This document shows positions 51,084-60,627 of a DNA stretch of 64,000 bases, in pieces. Under the pieces are notes generated by a model, which worked only from the letters and a program-made list of their open reading frames with translations, had not been told where the DNA came from and ran no database searches. A program made the position numbers and the translations under genes. Source of the DNA: a virus. Lineage: Duplodnaviria; Heunggongvirae; Uroviricota; Caudoviricetes. How positions within the stretch are numbered: the first letter of the stretch is position 1; each line of letters begins with the position of its first letter. The stretch spans positions 110,664 to 174,663 of IMG/VR virus record IMGVR_UViG_3300012347_000217; one strand, written 5' to 3'.

Positions 51084-51680
51084 ATGGTAAACATGACACA
51101 AACTACTACAAACACTAAAAAGCATTACATCAACAACGCTGATTTCTGCAAAGCCCTTACAAACTACAAAGAGGGCGTAGCAGCAGCGAAAGCTGCGGGT
51201 AAGGATACACCACCTATTCCAGAGTACATTGGTGAGTGCTTCATCAAGATTGCAGAAGGTCTATCACACAAACCCAACTTCATCAACTACCCGTTTCGTG
51301 AGGAAATGGTAGCAGACGGCATCGAGAACTGTCTGATGTACTTTGCAAACTTTGATACGACCAAGTCTTCTAACGCATTTGCTTACTTCACACAAATCAT
51401 CTACTATGCGTTCTTACGAAGAATCCAAAAAGAGAAGAAGCAACTGTATGTAAAGTACAAAGCTACTGAACAGTTCGGCATCTTGGATGAAAATGAAATG
51501 CTGGGTTACGAAGAAGCTACAGGTAAACAGTACGAAGTGTATGACAACATTTCCGAGTTCATCGAAAACTTCGAAGAAACCAAACGCAAGAAGAAAGACA
51601 TTAAGAAGGCTAAAGGCATCGAAAACTTCCTAGAACTGGATGTTATACCGGAAGAAATCGTTGACACCGAAGAAGAATGA
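51084..51680 (+). CDS. gp55: Late-transcription sigma factor
   Basis: HYINNADF, YIGECFIKIAEGLSHKPNFINY.FREEMVADGIENCL and NAFAYFTQIIYYAFLRRIQKEKKQ. The start is more likely ATG 51084 or 51093 than TTG 51057. Confidence 0.95.
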   Translation: MVNMTQTTTNTKKHYINNADFCKALTNYKEGVAAAKAAGKDTPPIPEYIGECFIKIAEGLSHKPNFINYPFREEMVADGIENCLMYFANFDTTKSSNAFAYFTQIIYYAFLRRIQKEKKQLYVKYKATEQFGILDENEMLGYEEATGKQYEVYDNISEFIENFEETKRKKKDIKKAKGIENFLELDVIPEEIVDTEEE

Positions 51681-51689
51681 TGCTATAAT
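51661..51689 (+). promoter_or_regulatory. Consensus sigma70 promoter (TTGACA-17-TATAAT with extended -10 TG)
   Basis: TTGACA at 51661-51666, TG at 51681-82 and TATAAT at 51684-51689, upstream of gp47. Confidence 0.9.
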
Positions 51690-51716
51690 AGTTTGAGTTA
51701 AACTACATCTATATAC

Positions 51717-52778
51717 ATGAAAACTGCTATTATAACGGACCAACATTTTGGTGCCCGTAATGATTCACTTCATTTCCTCGACTTCTATGAGAAGTTCTAT
51801 TCAGAGACTTTCTTTCCACGCCTAGAGAAAGAGAAGATAGACACCGTGTTGATACTCGGTGACACCTTTGACCGTCGAAAGTATGTGAACTTCTATACAC
51901 TACAACGTGCCAAGAAGATGTTCTTTGATGTTCTTGCGGAAAAAGATATCAAAGTGTACATGCTAGTGGGTAATCACGACACATACTACAAGAACACCAA
52001 CGAAGTGAATTCACCTGAGCTATTGCTCATGGACGAATACGACAACATCACAATCATTTCTGAACCACAACATATCATTGTTGGTGGTATTGATATTGCT
52101 ATGATGCCTTGGATTTGTCCTGAGAACTATGAAGCATCCATGAAACTGCTCAAAGACTCTACCGCTACTGTGTGTATGGGCCATTTCGAGATTACTGGTT
52201 TTCAGATGTATCGTGGTGCACCATCACATGATGGTCTGATGGCAGATACGTTCTCTAAGTTTGATGCTGTGTTCTCTGGTCACTACCACCATAAGTCTTC
52301 ACGTGGTAATATCCACTACTTGGGTAACCCATACGAACTGACATGGCAGGACTATGATGATGCACGTGGCTTTCATATCTTTGACACAAAGACCTTGAAG
52401 CGTACATTCGTCAAGAACCCTAATACTATCTTCAAGCGTATCGTATACGACGACAAGAAAGATACCATCGACGTTATCAACAAACTGGATGTTACTGGTT
52501 ACAAAAACACATACGTCAAAGTAATCGTTGCGAATAAGACCAATCCGTATCTGTTTGACACCTTTATCAACCGTCTATACGAAGTCGGTCTAATCGACCT
52601 GACTATTGTGGAAGATGCGGCTGACCTCGAAAGTGAAGATGATGACGATGTTGACCAAACGGAAGATACCACTACAATCTTAAATAAGTACGTGGATAAC
52701 TTGACAACTGACTTGAAAAAAGATAAAATCAAAGTATTGCTTCGTGAACTGTATGTCGAAGCCTTGAACGGGGATTAA
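51717..52778 (+). CDS. gp47: Recombination endonuclease subunit (Mre11/SbcD-like)
   Basis: ITDQHFGAR, LGDTFDRRK, VGNHD, GHFE, SGHYH and YLGNPYE. Confidence 0.95.
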   Translation: MKTAIITDQHFGARNDSLHFLDFYEKFYSETFFPRLEKEKIDTVLILGDTFDRRKYVNFYTLQRAKKMFFDVLAEKDIKVYMLVGNHDTYYKNTNEVNSPELLLMDEYDNITIISEPQHIIVGGIDIAMMPWICPENYEASMKLLKDSTATVCMGHFEITGFQMYRGAPSHDGLMADTFSKFDAVFSGHYHHKSSRGNIHYLGNPYELTWQDYDDARGFHIFDTKTLKRTFVKNPNTIFKRIVYDDKKDTIDVINKLDVTGYKNTYVKVIVANKTNPYLFDTFINRLYEVGLIDLTIVEDAADLESEDDDDVDQTEDTTTILNKYVDNLTTDLKKDKIKVLLRELYVEALNGD

Positions 52779-52780
52779 TA

Positions 52781-54496
52781 ATGATTTTGTTCACAACTAT
52801 CAGGTGGAAGAATATGCTTTCCACTGGTAACGCTTTCACTGAAATTAAACTAGACAAATCGACCAACACACTAATCGTTGGTCAGAATGGTGCTGGCAAA
52901 TCTACTATCTTAGATGCACTGACCTTTGCTCTGTTCAATAAACCATTTCGTAAGATTAATAAGCCACAGCTAGTCAATACAATTAATGACCGTGATTGTT
53001 TGGTTGAGGTTGAGTTCTCTATCGGTAAGAAGAAGTACAAGATTGTTCGTGGTATCAAACCTAACATCTTTGAGATTCACTGTGATGGTAAGCTGATTGA
53101 CCAAGATGCCAAGATTGGTGACTACCAAGAGTACTTAGAAAATGTAGTACTAAAGTTAAACTACAAGTCTTTCACACAAGTGGTTGTTCTAGGTTCTGCT
53201 GCGTTTGTTCCATTTATGCAACTCTCTGCTGCTGACCGCCGCACTATCATCGAAGACCTGCTAGACATTTCAATCTTCTCCTCGATGAACAAGCTGGTCA
53301 AAGACCGTGTTTCTTCTACCAAGGATAATCAGAAGACAGTTGATTATGAAATCAAGCTGACCGAAGAAAAGATTGCGATGCAAATCCAAAGCATCAACGA
53401 ACAGAAGAAGAACTCTGACACAGAGATTGAGAAGAAGTTGGCTGAGGTTGAAATGAATAATCAATTCATCGCAGCTACAAACGACACGATTGTAGAAATC
53501 GAATCTCAGATTGAAACTCTAGAATTGATTAATGCTGAGTGTGGTGACCTATCACGCAAGAGCAGCAAGCTTCTACAAATCGAAGGTAAGTTTGAAGACA
53601 ATATCTCCAAATTAAAATCTGACATTCAGTTTTATAACGACAATGATAATTGCCCTTCCTGCCAACAAACTATTACAGAAGAACACAAGTGCAAATCTGT
53701 AGACGAGAAGAATAAAAAGATAGAAGAAATCTCAGAGGCAGCAGTCAAACTTAGTGCAGAAATTACCAAGGTTTCTAGTCAATTGGCTGATGTTGCTTCG
53801 AGACAGAAAGAGATTCGTGAACATCAATCCGATATCGTCAAACTGAATACACAGGTTACAAGTACTAATTCTTATAACACAAAAGTATTACTTGAGATTG
53901 AGCAACTAAAGAAACGTTCCATTTCACTCGAAAAGGACAACGAAAAGCTCAAAGAACTCAACAAGATGTTGGTGGAAGCAAAGAAGTCCGCTGAGAAGTT
54001 ATCTGCCGATAAGCAGTACCTTGAGTTTGCTGCTACACTGCTGAAAGATACTGGTATCAAAACCAAGATTATCAAGCAGTACCTTCCAGTAATGAACAAG
54101 CTGATTAACAAGTTCTTGACCTCTATGGAGTTCTTTGTGAACTTCAATCTGAATGAATCGTTTGAAGAAACCATCAAGTCTCGTCACCGTGATGTGTTCT
54201 CATATGCTTCGTTCTCTGAAGGTGAGAAGATGCGTATCGACTTGGCTCTGTTGTTTACATGGCGACAGATTGCTAAGATGAAGAACTCAGTAAGCACAAA
54301 CTTACTAATCTTGGATGAAGTCTTTGATTCATCCTTGGACGGTGTAGGCACGGAAGAGTTTATGAAACTTTTGAACAGCCTAGATAAAGACACAAATGTG
54401 TTTGTAATCTCACACAAAGGTGACCAACTTTTTGACAAGTTCCGGTCTGTTATTAAATTTGAAAAGAAGAACAACTTCTCACAGGTGGTAAAATAA
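52781..54496 (+). CDS. gp46: Recombination ATPase subunit (Rad50/SbcC-like)
   Basis: GQNGAGKST Walker A, CPSCQQ Zn hook, FSEGEKMRIDLALL signature and LILDEVFDSSLD. Confidence 0.96.
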   Translation: MILFTTIRWKNMLSTGNAFTEIKLDKSTNTLIVGQNGAGKSTILDALTFALFNKPFRKINKPQLVNTINDRDCLVEVEFSIGKKKYKIVRGIKPNIFEIHCDGKLIDQDAKIGDYQEYLENVVLKLNYKSFTQVVVLGSAAFVPFMQLSAADRRTIIEDLLDISIFSSMNKLVKDRVSSTKDNQKTVDYEIKLTEEKIAMQIQSINEQKKNSDTEIEKKLAEVEMNNQFIAATNDTIVEIESQIETLELINAECGDLSRKSSKLLQIEGKFEDNISKLKSDIQFYNDNDNCPSCQQTITEEHKCKSVDEKNKKIEEISEAAVKLSAEITKVSSQLADVASRQKEIREHQSDIVKLNTQVTSTNSYNTKVLLEIEQLKKRSISLEKDNEKLKELNKMLVEAKKSAEKLSADKQYLEFAATLLKDTGIKTKIIKQYLPVMNKLINKFLTSMEFFVNFNLNESFEETIKSRHRDVFSYASFSEGEKMRIDLALLFTWRQIAKMKNSVSTNLLILDEVFDSSLDGVGTEEFMKLLNSLDKDTNVFVISHKGDQLFDKFRSVIKFEKKNNFSQVVK

Positions 54497-55140
54497 TGAA
54501 TGATACTAAAGCATTAGACGAAATTAGAATTGATACGTCATCATGGATGAACGAAACCCTACCAATCGTGCAGGTCAAAATTGACTTGTTAGATATTGTT
54601 CCTGATACTCATACAGCACTACATTCACCTCTACCTGAGTTCGACTTTGCAAATCCACCAGTAGATCCAAATGAGTTTGCATCACAGTTGGTTGAGACTT
54701 GTAAGAAGCACGGTGCATTAGGTCTATCTGCTAACCAATGCGGTTTCACGCATCGTGTATTTGTCATGGGTACTGGAGACAACTTCGTTGCTTTCTTTAA
54801 TCCAAAAATCACATCTACCTCAGACGATATGACTGACATGGAAGAAGGTTGTCTCACATATATGGATTTGTTCTTGAAAGTTAAACGACCAAGCGAAGTG
54901 TTTGTTGAATACCAGGACTATCAAGGTGAAGCTAAGACTGCACATTATACCGGATTAACTGCACGAGTTTTTCAACATGAGCTTGACCATTTGAACGGAA
55001 TAGTGTATCATAGTCATGTGAAGCCACTGGCATTACAAATGGCAAACAAGAAACGTACAAAGGTTTCTAGCTTGCGTGAGAAGTATAAGAAAGCTATGAT
55101 TAAAAAAGTGAAGGCAGAATTTAATGCAAACAAACTCTGA
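54496..55140 (+). CDS. def: Peptide deformylase
   Basis: All three PDF motifs are present: GLSANQCG, EEGCL and QHELDHLNG. Confidence 0.93.
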   Translation: MNDTKALDEIRIDTSSWMNETLPIVQVKIDLLDIVPDTHTALHSPLPEFDFANPPVDPNEFASQLVETCKKHGALGLSANQCGFTHRVFVMGTGDNFVAFFNPKITSTSDDMTDMEEGCLTYMDLFLKVKRPSEVFVEYQDYQGEAKTAHYTGLTARVFQHELDHLNGIVYHSHVKPLALQMANKKRTKVSSLREKYKKAMIKKVKAEFNANKL

Positions 55141-56467
55141 AACGGTTGAAAAGTGGCCAGACCACGTTAAAGCTCAATGGGAAAAGTGGAAGTCTGAGAA
55201 CACCACTGTCGAGCATGTAGACGAGAAAGAACTGGTCAAGATTCTAACCGAAGACTTGACCAAAGCATCACAGATGGATGTTAAAGAGTACACACTATAT
55301 CAGAAGTGGTGTGAAGTCCAAGAAAAGTATCCTACTGAGATTCAACGTACCTTTGGTGGCGATGAAGTTAAGTTAGTTGACGCTGACCAAGAACGTATTA
55401 TCCGTGAAGTGAAATCGAACATTTGGATGCCTGAGAATCCTGATGACTTTGCTTTGCTGAAACCAAAGATGATTTTCACAGATGATTCTACCACAGAAGA
55501 AATCAAAGACCTGTTTGGTGAAGTCATCGAGACACGCACCAAGCGTTCAGACTTACCTGAGCGTTGGAACACTGTGCGTACATTCATTTCTACAATGAAG
55601 AACAACTCAAACATTGGTCGTAACTTGAACTTTATCGTTGCTGATGAAGTGACTGGTAAGTATCTAGGTGTCGTTTGTATCTCCTCAGACTTTTTAGACT
55701 TGACACCACGTGATAAAGTTATCGGTTGGGAACGTGAGAAGAAGACTCAAGGCGCAATGATTAACTACACTGCTATCGGTTCTTCTATTGTTCCTTTGCA
55801 ACCACTTGGTTTTAATTATATGGGTGGCAAACTCTTGGCACTCTTGTGTTTATCTGACGAAGTTCAGAATCTTTGGAAAGAAAAATATGGTGATGTTCTT
55901 GCTGGTGTTACTACTACTTCTCTATACGGAAATACTAAATCCAATGGTCTCTCCCAGTATGACGGTCTTGAGCATTGGAATAAGATGGGTTTCTCATCAG
56001 GTTCAGTTGCATTTGAACCTCGCAAATCAACACTAGCAATGGTGTGGGCATGGCTTCGTGAGAAGCATCCAGAGAAATACTTTGAATGGTGGGAAGCTAA
56101 GAAAGATAATGGTCTTCCTTTCAAGCGTGACCACAAGAATCGCTCACTACACTTTGCATATCCAAAGTTAGGTATCCCCAAAGAGTTGACACGTACAGAC
56201 CATCAACGTGGTATCTACTTCTCTCCGTTATATGATAACTCTTATGAATTTTTACGTGGTGAAATTCAAGAGAAAGACTTGGTCAAATCATTTGATACAA
56301 GCACAGAAGCTTTGACGAACATCTGGAAGACCAAGTATGCAAAAGGTCGTATCTCGATGTTGAAGAAAAAGAACAATGTCTCAACAGAAACCTTGTTCTA
56401 TGATGATTTAATCTACATGACCTGGGAAGAAACCAAAGCAAAATATTTGGTACAAGTCGGAAGATAA
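55124..56467 (+). CDS. DUF4338 / Druantia DruA-like protein
   Basis: GRNLNFIV.D..TGKYLGV...RDKVIGW...IVPLQPLGFNYMGGKLLA...VTTTSLYG...SQYDGL resembles the DruA (DUF4338) core as I recall it. Confidence 0.6.
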   Translation: MQTNSETVEKWPDHVKAQWEKWKSENTTVEHVDEKELVKILTEDLTKASQMDVKEYTLYQKWCEVQEKYPTEIQRTFGGDEVKLVDADQERIIREVKSNIWMPENPDDFALLKPKMIFTDDSTTEEIKDLFGEVIETRTKRSDLPERWNTVRTFISTMKNNSNIGRNLNFIVADEVTGKYLGVVCISSDFLDLTPRDKVIGWEREKKTQGAMINYTAIGSSIVPLQPLGFNYMGGKLLALLCLSDEVQNLWKEKYGDVLAGVTTTSLYGNTKSNGLSQYDGLEHWNKMGFSSGSVAFEPRKSTLAMVWAWLREKHPEKYFEWWEAKKDNGLPFKRDHKNRSLHFAYPKLGIPKELTRTDHQRGIYFSPLYDNSYEFLRGEIQEKDLVKSFDTSTEALTNIWKTKYAKGRISMLKKKNNVSTETLFYDDLIYMTWEETKAKYLVQVGR

Positions 56468-56489
56468 TTGAGAAATGTTGCTATATGGC

Positions 56490-56518
56490 TTGACTTTCGA
56501 GCTATATAGTAGTATGAT
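56490..56518 (+). promoter_or_regulatory. Sigma70 promoter (TTGACT-17-TATGAT)
   Basis: Intergenic, exact 17-nt spacer, upstream of the HTH gene. Confidence 0.8.
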
Positions 56519-56561
56519 GTGAAACTTGTAACACAAGTTATTTTTTTAATAGGAGTATATT

Positions 56562-56753
56562 ATGTCGTCTAAGACTGCAATCTTGAAGTACCTTTCCAAA
56601 GGTAAAACACTCAGCACAAAACAAGCACGTTCGATGTTCAAAATCGTGAACGTAGCTGGTCGTATCCATGACCTTCGCAATGACGGTCAACCGATTGTAA
56701 CACATATGCAGACGGCCAAGAATGGTCGCAAAGCTGTTTACCAATTGGCGTAA
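56562..56753 (+). CDS. Small winged helix-turn-helix DNA-binding protein
   Basis: ILKYLSKGKTLSTKQARSMF...VAGRIHDLRNDG.PI pattern; SD AGGAG upstream. Confidence 0.7.
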   Translation: MSSKTAILKYLSKGKTLSTKQARSMFKIVNVAGRIHDLRNDGQPIVTHMQTAKNGRKAVYQLA

Positions 56754-56764
56754 TCGGAGTATAA

Positions 56765-57583
56765 ATGGAAATTAAAATCAAAACAGAAGAACTGAAGACC
56801 AAAAGTATCTTCGTAGCAACACCAATGTATGGCGGTGTTAACCACGGTCTATACATGAAGGCTTGCTTGGATTTGCAAGGTCTATGTATGCAATACGGCA
56901 TCAACATCAAGTTCTCGTTCTTGTTTAACGAATCTCTGATTACACGTGCCCGTAACTACTTGGTTGATGAATTCTTGGATCGTTCGGACTGCACTCATAT
57001 GTTGTTCATTGATTCTGATGTTAACTTCAACCCACAAGATGTTATCGCTATGTTGGCCCTCGACAAAGATATCATCGGCGGTCCATACCCTAAGAAAGCT
57101 ATCAAGTGGCGTGCAGTCAAGAAGGCTGTACAGTTGCATCCTGAGATTGAACCACAAGCACTTGAAAAGGTTGCTGGTGACTTCGTGTTTAACCCAGTCA
57201 AGGGTACAGCACAATTCTCTGTGTCTGATCCACTGGAAGTTCTCGAAATCGGTACAGGCTTTATGATGATTAAGCGTGAAGTCTTCCCAAAGATGGCTGC
57301 TGCTTACCCTCAGTTGCGTTACAAGCCAGACCACGTTGGTCAAGCACACTTCGATGGCACACGCTACATCCATGCGTACTTCGATACAATCATTGATACC
57401 GCAGATTCTGCAACAGGTGGTGGCTCAGACCGTTACTTGTCAGAAGACTACATGTTCTGCCAACTCTGGCGTAAACTTGGTGGTTCAATCTTCTTGTGTC
57501 CTTGGATGCGCACACAACACATCGGTACATATCACTTCCACGGTGACATGCCAGCAGTTGCTAATTTCGTAGGAGAAATGTAA
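56765..57583 (+). CDS. GT-A-fold glycosyltransferase-like protein
   Basis: IFVATPMYGG, ESLITRARN, LFIDSD (DXD), GTGFMMIKREVF, LSEDYMFC and HIG. Confidence 0.7.
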   Translation: MEIKIKTEELKTKSIFVATPMYGGVNHGLYMKACLDLQGLCMQYGINIKFSFLFNESLITRARNYLVDEFLDRSDCTHMLFIDSDVNFNPQDVIAMLALDKDIIGGPYPKKAIKWRAVKKAVQLHPEIEPQALEKVAGDFVFNPVKGTAQFSVSDPLEVLEIGTGFMMIKREVFPKMAAAYPQLRYKPDHVGQAHFDGTRYIHAYFDTIIDTADSATGGGSDRYLSEDYMFCQLWRKLGGSIFLCPWMRTQHIGTYHFHGDMPAVANFVGEM

Positions 57584-57798
57584 TGGGTGAAGAAAACGAA
57601 GTTACCTACACAGTAGATGAAAGTGTTACCTATGATAACCTGTTTGTTAATTCTCGGCTTGATGGTGAGGTATTCGAGACTTACACCAAAAGACGCAAAG
57701 CCGCACGAGTCCAACTAAAGCAGAACGCCAAAGGTCGTATGCTTTGGAACTCACGTGAAAAAGGCCAATACATTAAAGCCAAGCACGGAGAACTGTGA
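57583..57798 (+). CDS. Hypothetical protein
   Basis: 71-aa ORF coupled to both neighbours by overlapping start/stop codons. Confidence 0.55.
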   Translation: MGEENEVTYTVDESVTYDNLFVNSRLDGEVFETYTKRRKAARVQLKQNAKGRMLWNSREKGQYIKAKHGEL

Positions 57799-58460
57799 TG
57801 ATTGTTGGCTTACTTGGCTTTATTGGTTCAGGTAAGGGCACAGCAGGTGACATTCTTAAAGACATGGGCTTCACGCCTGTGTCTTTTGCCAAAGGCGTTA
57901 AAGATGTTGCCGCTGAAATGTTCGGCTGGCCTCGACACCTTTTAGAAGGTGATACACAACACTCACGTGAATGGCGTGAAAAACCAGATACCTTCTGGTC
58001 TAAAGAGTTTGGTAAAGACTTTACTCCTCGATATGCTTTACAGTTGATGGGAACAGAAGTTGGTCGTGATGTATTTCACAAAGACTTTTGGGTTATCAAA
58101 CTAAAAAAGTATATTGCAGATAATCCCAACCAAAACTTTGTTATCACAGACGTTCGTTTTGCGAATGAAATTGATTTCGTACATAACCAAAACGGAACAC
58201 TGATTGAGATTGAACGTGGTACTAGACCTCATTGGTACAGTATTGCTGCTTCGGCCAATCGTGGTGATAATAAAGCTGAGAATCATATGTTGTTCCATTC
58301 GGGAGTACATGAATCAGAATGGCGATGGATTGGTGGTCAAATCGACCATACTATCCAAAACTCAGGCACAGTGGAAGACTTGAAAATGAATCTCGAAAAG
58401 TGCTTGATTAAATCTTATGGAACTGATACAATCAGTGTGTTGAAACAAGGAGTTATATAA
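57798..58460 (+). CDS. gp1: Deoxynucleoside monophosphate kinase
   Basis: GFIGSGKGT P-loop, SFAKGVKD, TPRYALQLMGTEVGR, ITDVRFANE and HESEW. The ATG at 57798 overlaps the upstream TGA. Confidence 0.88.
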   Translation: MIVGLLGFIGSGKGTAGDILKDMGFTPVSFAKGVKDVAAEMFGWPRHLLEGDTQHSREWREKPDTFWSKEFGKDFTPRYALQLMGTEVGRDVFHKDFWVIKLKKYIADNPNQNFVITDVRFANEIDFVHNQNGTLIEIERGTRPHWYSIAASANRGDNKAENHMLFHSGVHESEWRWIGGQIDHTIQNSGTVEDLKMNLEKCLIKSYGTDTISVLKQGVI

Positions 58461-59137
58461 TGAAATTATCTGCTGGTACACTAGCTGTACTTAAAAACTT
58501 CACTTCGGTGAATGAAAGCATTTTTGTGAAAAAAGGAAATGTACTTGAGACTATTTCCAAATTGAAGAACGTATTGGTTCGTGCAGAAGTTGAAGACACA
58601 TTTACTGATGAATTCGGTATCTATGACTTGAACAACTTCTTGGGTGTTCTATCGTTGAATGGTGACAATACACTTGAGTTCGTTGGTAATGATATCGTTA
58701 TCAAAGGCTTTGGTGGTAAGAGTGAGTTGAAGTATCGTAAGACAGCACAGAGTCTTATCATCGTTCCACCAGACAAGAAAATTAACATGGGTGCTTCTGA
58801 AATCGAATTTGATTTGACACAAGAAGAAATCGCATGGACTGCATCTGTTGCAAACCGTTTGGGTTCACCAAACATGGCCTTCACCTCTGACGGCTCTACA
58901 ATCGAACTCCGCTGCTTCGATTTGAAGAATGATGCTGCACATAACAGCACAACAACCTTGACAGCTCCTGGTAACGGCAAGAAGTACAACATGATTTTCT
59001 CAACAGAAAACTTGCGCTTCCTTGAAGGTTCATACAAAGTTACTATCGCTTCTAAAGGTATTGGTCACTTTGAAAACCAATCGAAATCCATTGAATATTG
59101 GATTATGACTGAAACTGGTTCTAAGTACGAGGGTTAA
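58460..59137 (+). CDS. gp45: Sliding clamp
   Basis: MKLSAGTLAVLKNFTSVNESI...FGIYDLNNFL...ENLRFLEGSYKVTI...YWI..E. Confidence 0.92.
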   Translation: MKLSAGTLAVLKNFTSVNESIFVKKGNVLETISKLKNVLVRAEVEDTFTDEFGIYDLNNFLGVLSLNGDNTLEFVGNDIVIKGFGGKSELKYRKTAQSLIIVPPDKKINMGASEIEFDLTQEEIAWTASVANRLGSPNMAFTSDGSTIELRCFDLKNDAAHNSTTTLTAPGNGKKYNMIFSTENLRFLEGSYKVTIASKGIGHFENQSKSIEYWIMTETGSKYEG

Positions 59138-59139
59138 TT

Positions 59140-59415
59140 ATGGCAGATGTAGATACACTATACGGAACATTCTCTGAGAATGACTTGAAAGGCATCAAAG
59201 ATGCTTTGGGTGAAATGTCAAATGAAATGTCAATCATTGAAGGACATAAAGAGGCTATCAAAGACATTGTTGATGCAATCTATGACAAGTACAAACTGCC
59301 AAAGAAAATCATCAACCGTCTGGCAAAAGCCTATCACAAGCAAAGCTTCCAAGAAGAAATTCAGCTAGACAATGAGTTTGAGGCAATCTATGTCGGCGTC
59401 ACAGAAGCCAAGTGA
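59140..59415 (+). CDS. dsbA: Double-stranded DNA-binding protein (DsbA-like)
   Basis: KDIVDAIYDKYKLPKKIINRLAKAYHKQSFQEE. Confidence 0.75.
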   Translation: MADVDTLYGTFSENDLKGIKDALGEMSNEMSIIEGHKEAIKDIVDAIYDKYKLPKKIINRLAKAYHKQSFQEEIQLDNEFEAIYVGVTEAK

Positions 59416-59650
59416 TTCTAAAGTAAGTGACTGGTCACATATCCCTGATTATAAGGATATAGACTATTCCAAACTTACCATACAAGAAGGTAAAACATAT
59501 ACATTTTTTAAGAATCCTGTGTATGTTGGAGGCTACCAACTCGGTGGTAAGTTTGGACTTAAAATTGCGTTCACTGAAAAGCCATGCTGGTTTCATCGCA
59601 AAATGATGAAATTCTGCCTTGGTTGGGAATGGGTTGACGATAAACCCTGA
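59372..59650 (+). CDS. Small hypothetical protein (start uncertain)
   Basis: Fills the dsbA-gp44 gap and ends in KPCWFHRKMMKFCLGWEW. The only ATG start overlaps dsbA by 44 nt. Confidence 0.4.
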   Translation: MSLRQSMSASQKPSDSKVSDWSHIPDYKDIDYSKLTIQEGKTYTFFKNPVYVGGYQLGGKFGLKIAFTEKPCWFHRKMMKFCLGWEWVDDKP

Positions 59651-59677
59651 CCTATTATTATATTATGAGGTATTTGA

Positions 59678-60619
59678 ATGAATGAACAAATGTTGTGGGT
59701 CGAGAAGTATCGCCCACATAAAGTGCAAGACTGTATCCTTCCCGAAACTTTTAAAGAGACCTTCCAAGAATATGTCAACAAAAAAGAAATCCCAAATTTG
59801 TTACTTGCTGGATCCGCAGGGGTCGGTAAAACAACAGTTGCAAAAGCTCTCTGTGATGAAGTCGGCTGTGACTACCTCATCATCAACGGTTCGGGAGACA
59901 ATGGCGTTGATGTGGTCCGAAACATCATCAAAAACTATGCAAGCTCGTTAAGCCTCACTGGTGGTCGTAAAGTCATCATCATTGATGAGGCTGACTATCT
60001 TTCACATAACGCACAAGCTGCGTTCCGTAACATTATTGAAGAATTTGCATCGAACTGTTCCTTTATCTTCACTTGTAACTTCAAGAACAAGATTATGGAC
60101 GCAATTCATTCTCGTTGTTCCGTTATCGACTTCAGAATTCCTGCTTCACAGAAAGCAAAGATGGCCATGCAGTTTCTCAAGCGTGTGGATTACATCTTGG
60201 GTGAAGAAGGTGTAGCATACGATAAACAAGTCGTTGCAGCAGTTATCACAAAGCACTTTCCCGACAATCGCCGTATTCTGAATGAATTGCAGCGTTATGC
60301 TTCTAACGAGAGCAAGACGATTGATACTGGTATCCTATCACAAGTATCCGATGTTACACTCACTCCTCTAATCAAGGCTCTCAAAGAGAAAGACTTCACT
60401 ACTGCACGTAAGTGGGTTGCGTCTAATCTCGATAATGATCCTGCTGCTATTCTTCGTAAGATTTATGACAATCTGTATGAAGTCTTGAAGCCTGAAAGCA
60501 TTCCAGCAGCAGTGTTGGTACTTGCTAAATATCAGCACCAAGCGGCATTCGTTGCTGACCAAGAGATTAATCTGGTTGCATGTCTCGTCGAGTTTATGAT
60601 TGAGTGTGAGTTCAAATAA
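59678..60619 (+). CDS. gp44: Clamp loader ATPase subunit
   Basis: WVEKYRP, GSAGVGKTT, IIIDEADYL, AIHSRC and AFVADQEINL. Confidence 0.96.
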   Translation: MNEQMLWVEKYRPHKVQDCILPETFKETFQEYVNKKEIPNLLLAGSAGVGKTTVAKALCDEVGCDYLIINGSGDNGVDVVRNIIKNYASSLSLTGGRKVIIIDEADYLSHNAQAAFRNIIEEFASNCSFIFTCNFKNKIMDAIHSRCSVIDFRIPASQKAKMAMQFLKRVDYILGEEGVAYDKQVVAAVITKHFPDNRRILNELQRYASNESKTIDTGILSQVSDVTLTPLIKALKEKDFTTARKWVASNLDNDPAAILRKIYDNLYEVLKPESIPAAVLVLAKYQHQAAFVADQEINLVACLVEFMIECEFK

Positions 60620-60627
60620 GGATTATT

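Noticed and set aside
37892-54496. Introns or inteins in usual T4-like hotspots (gp17, gp20, gp23, uvsW, gp46/47)
   Set aside because: These ORFs are uninterrupted and of normal length, with no intein splicing motifs or embedded homing endonuclease.
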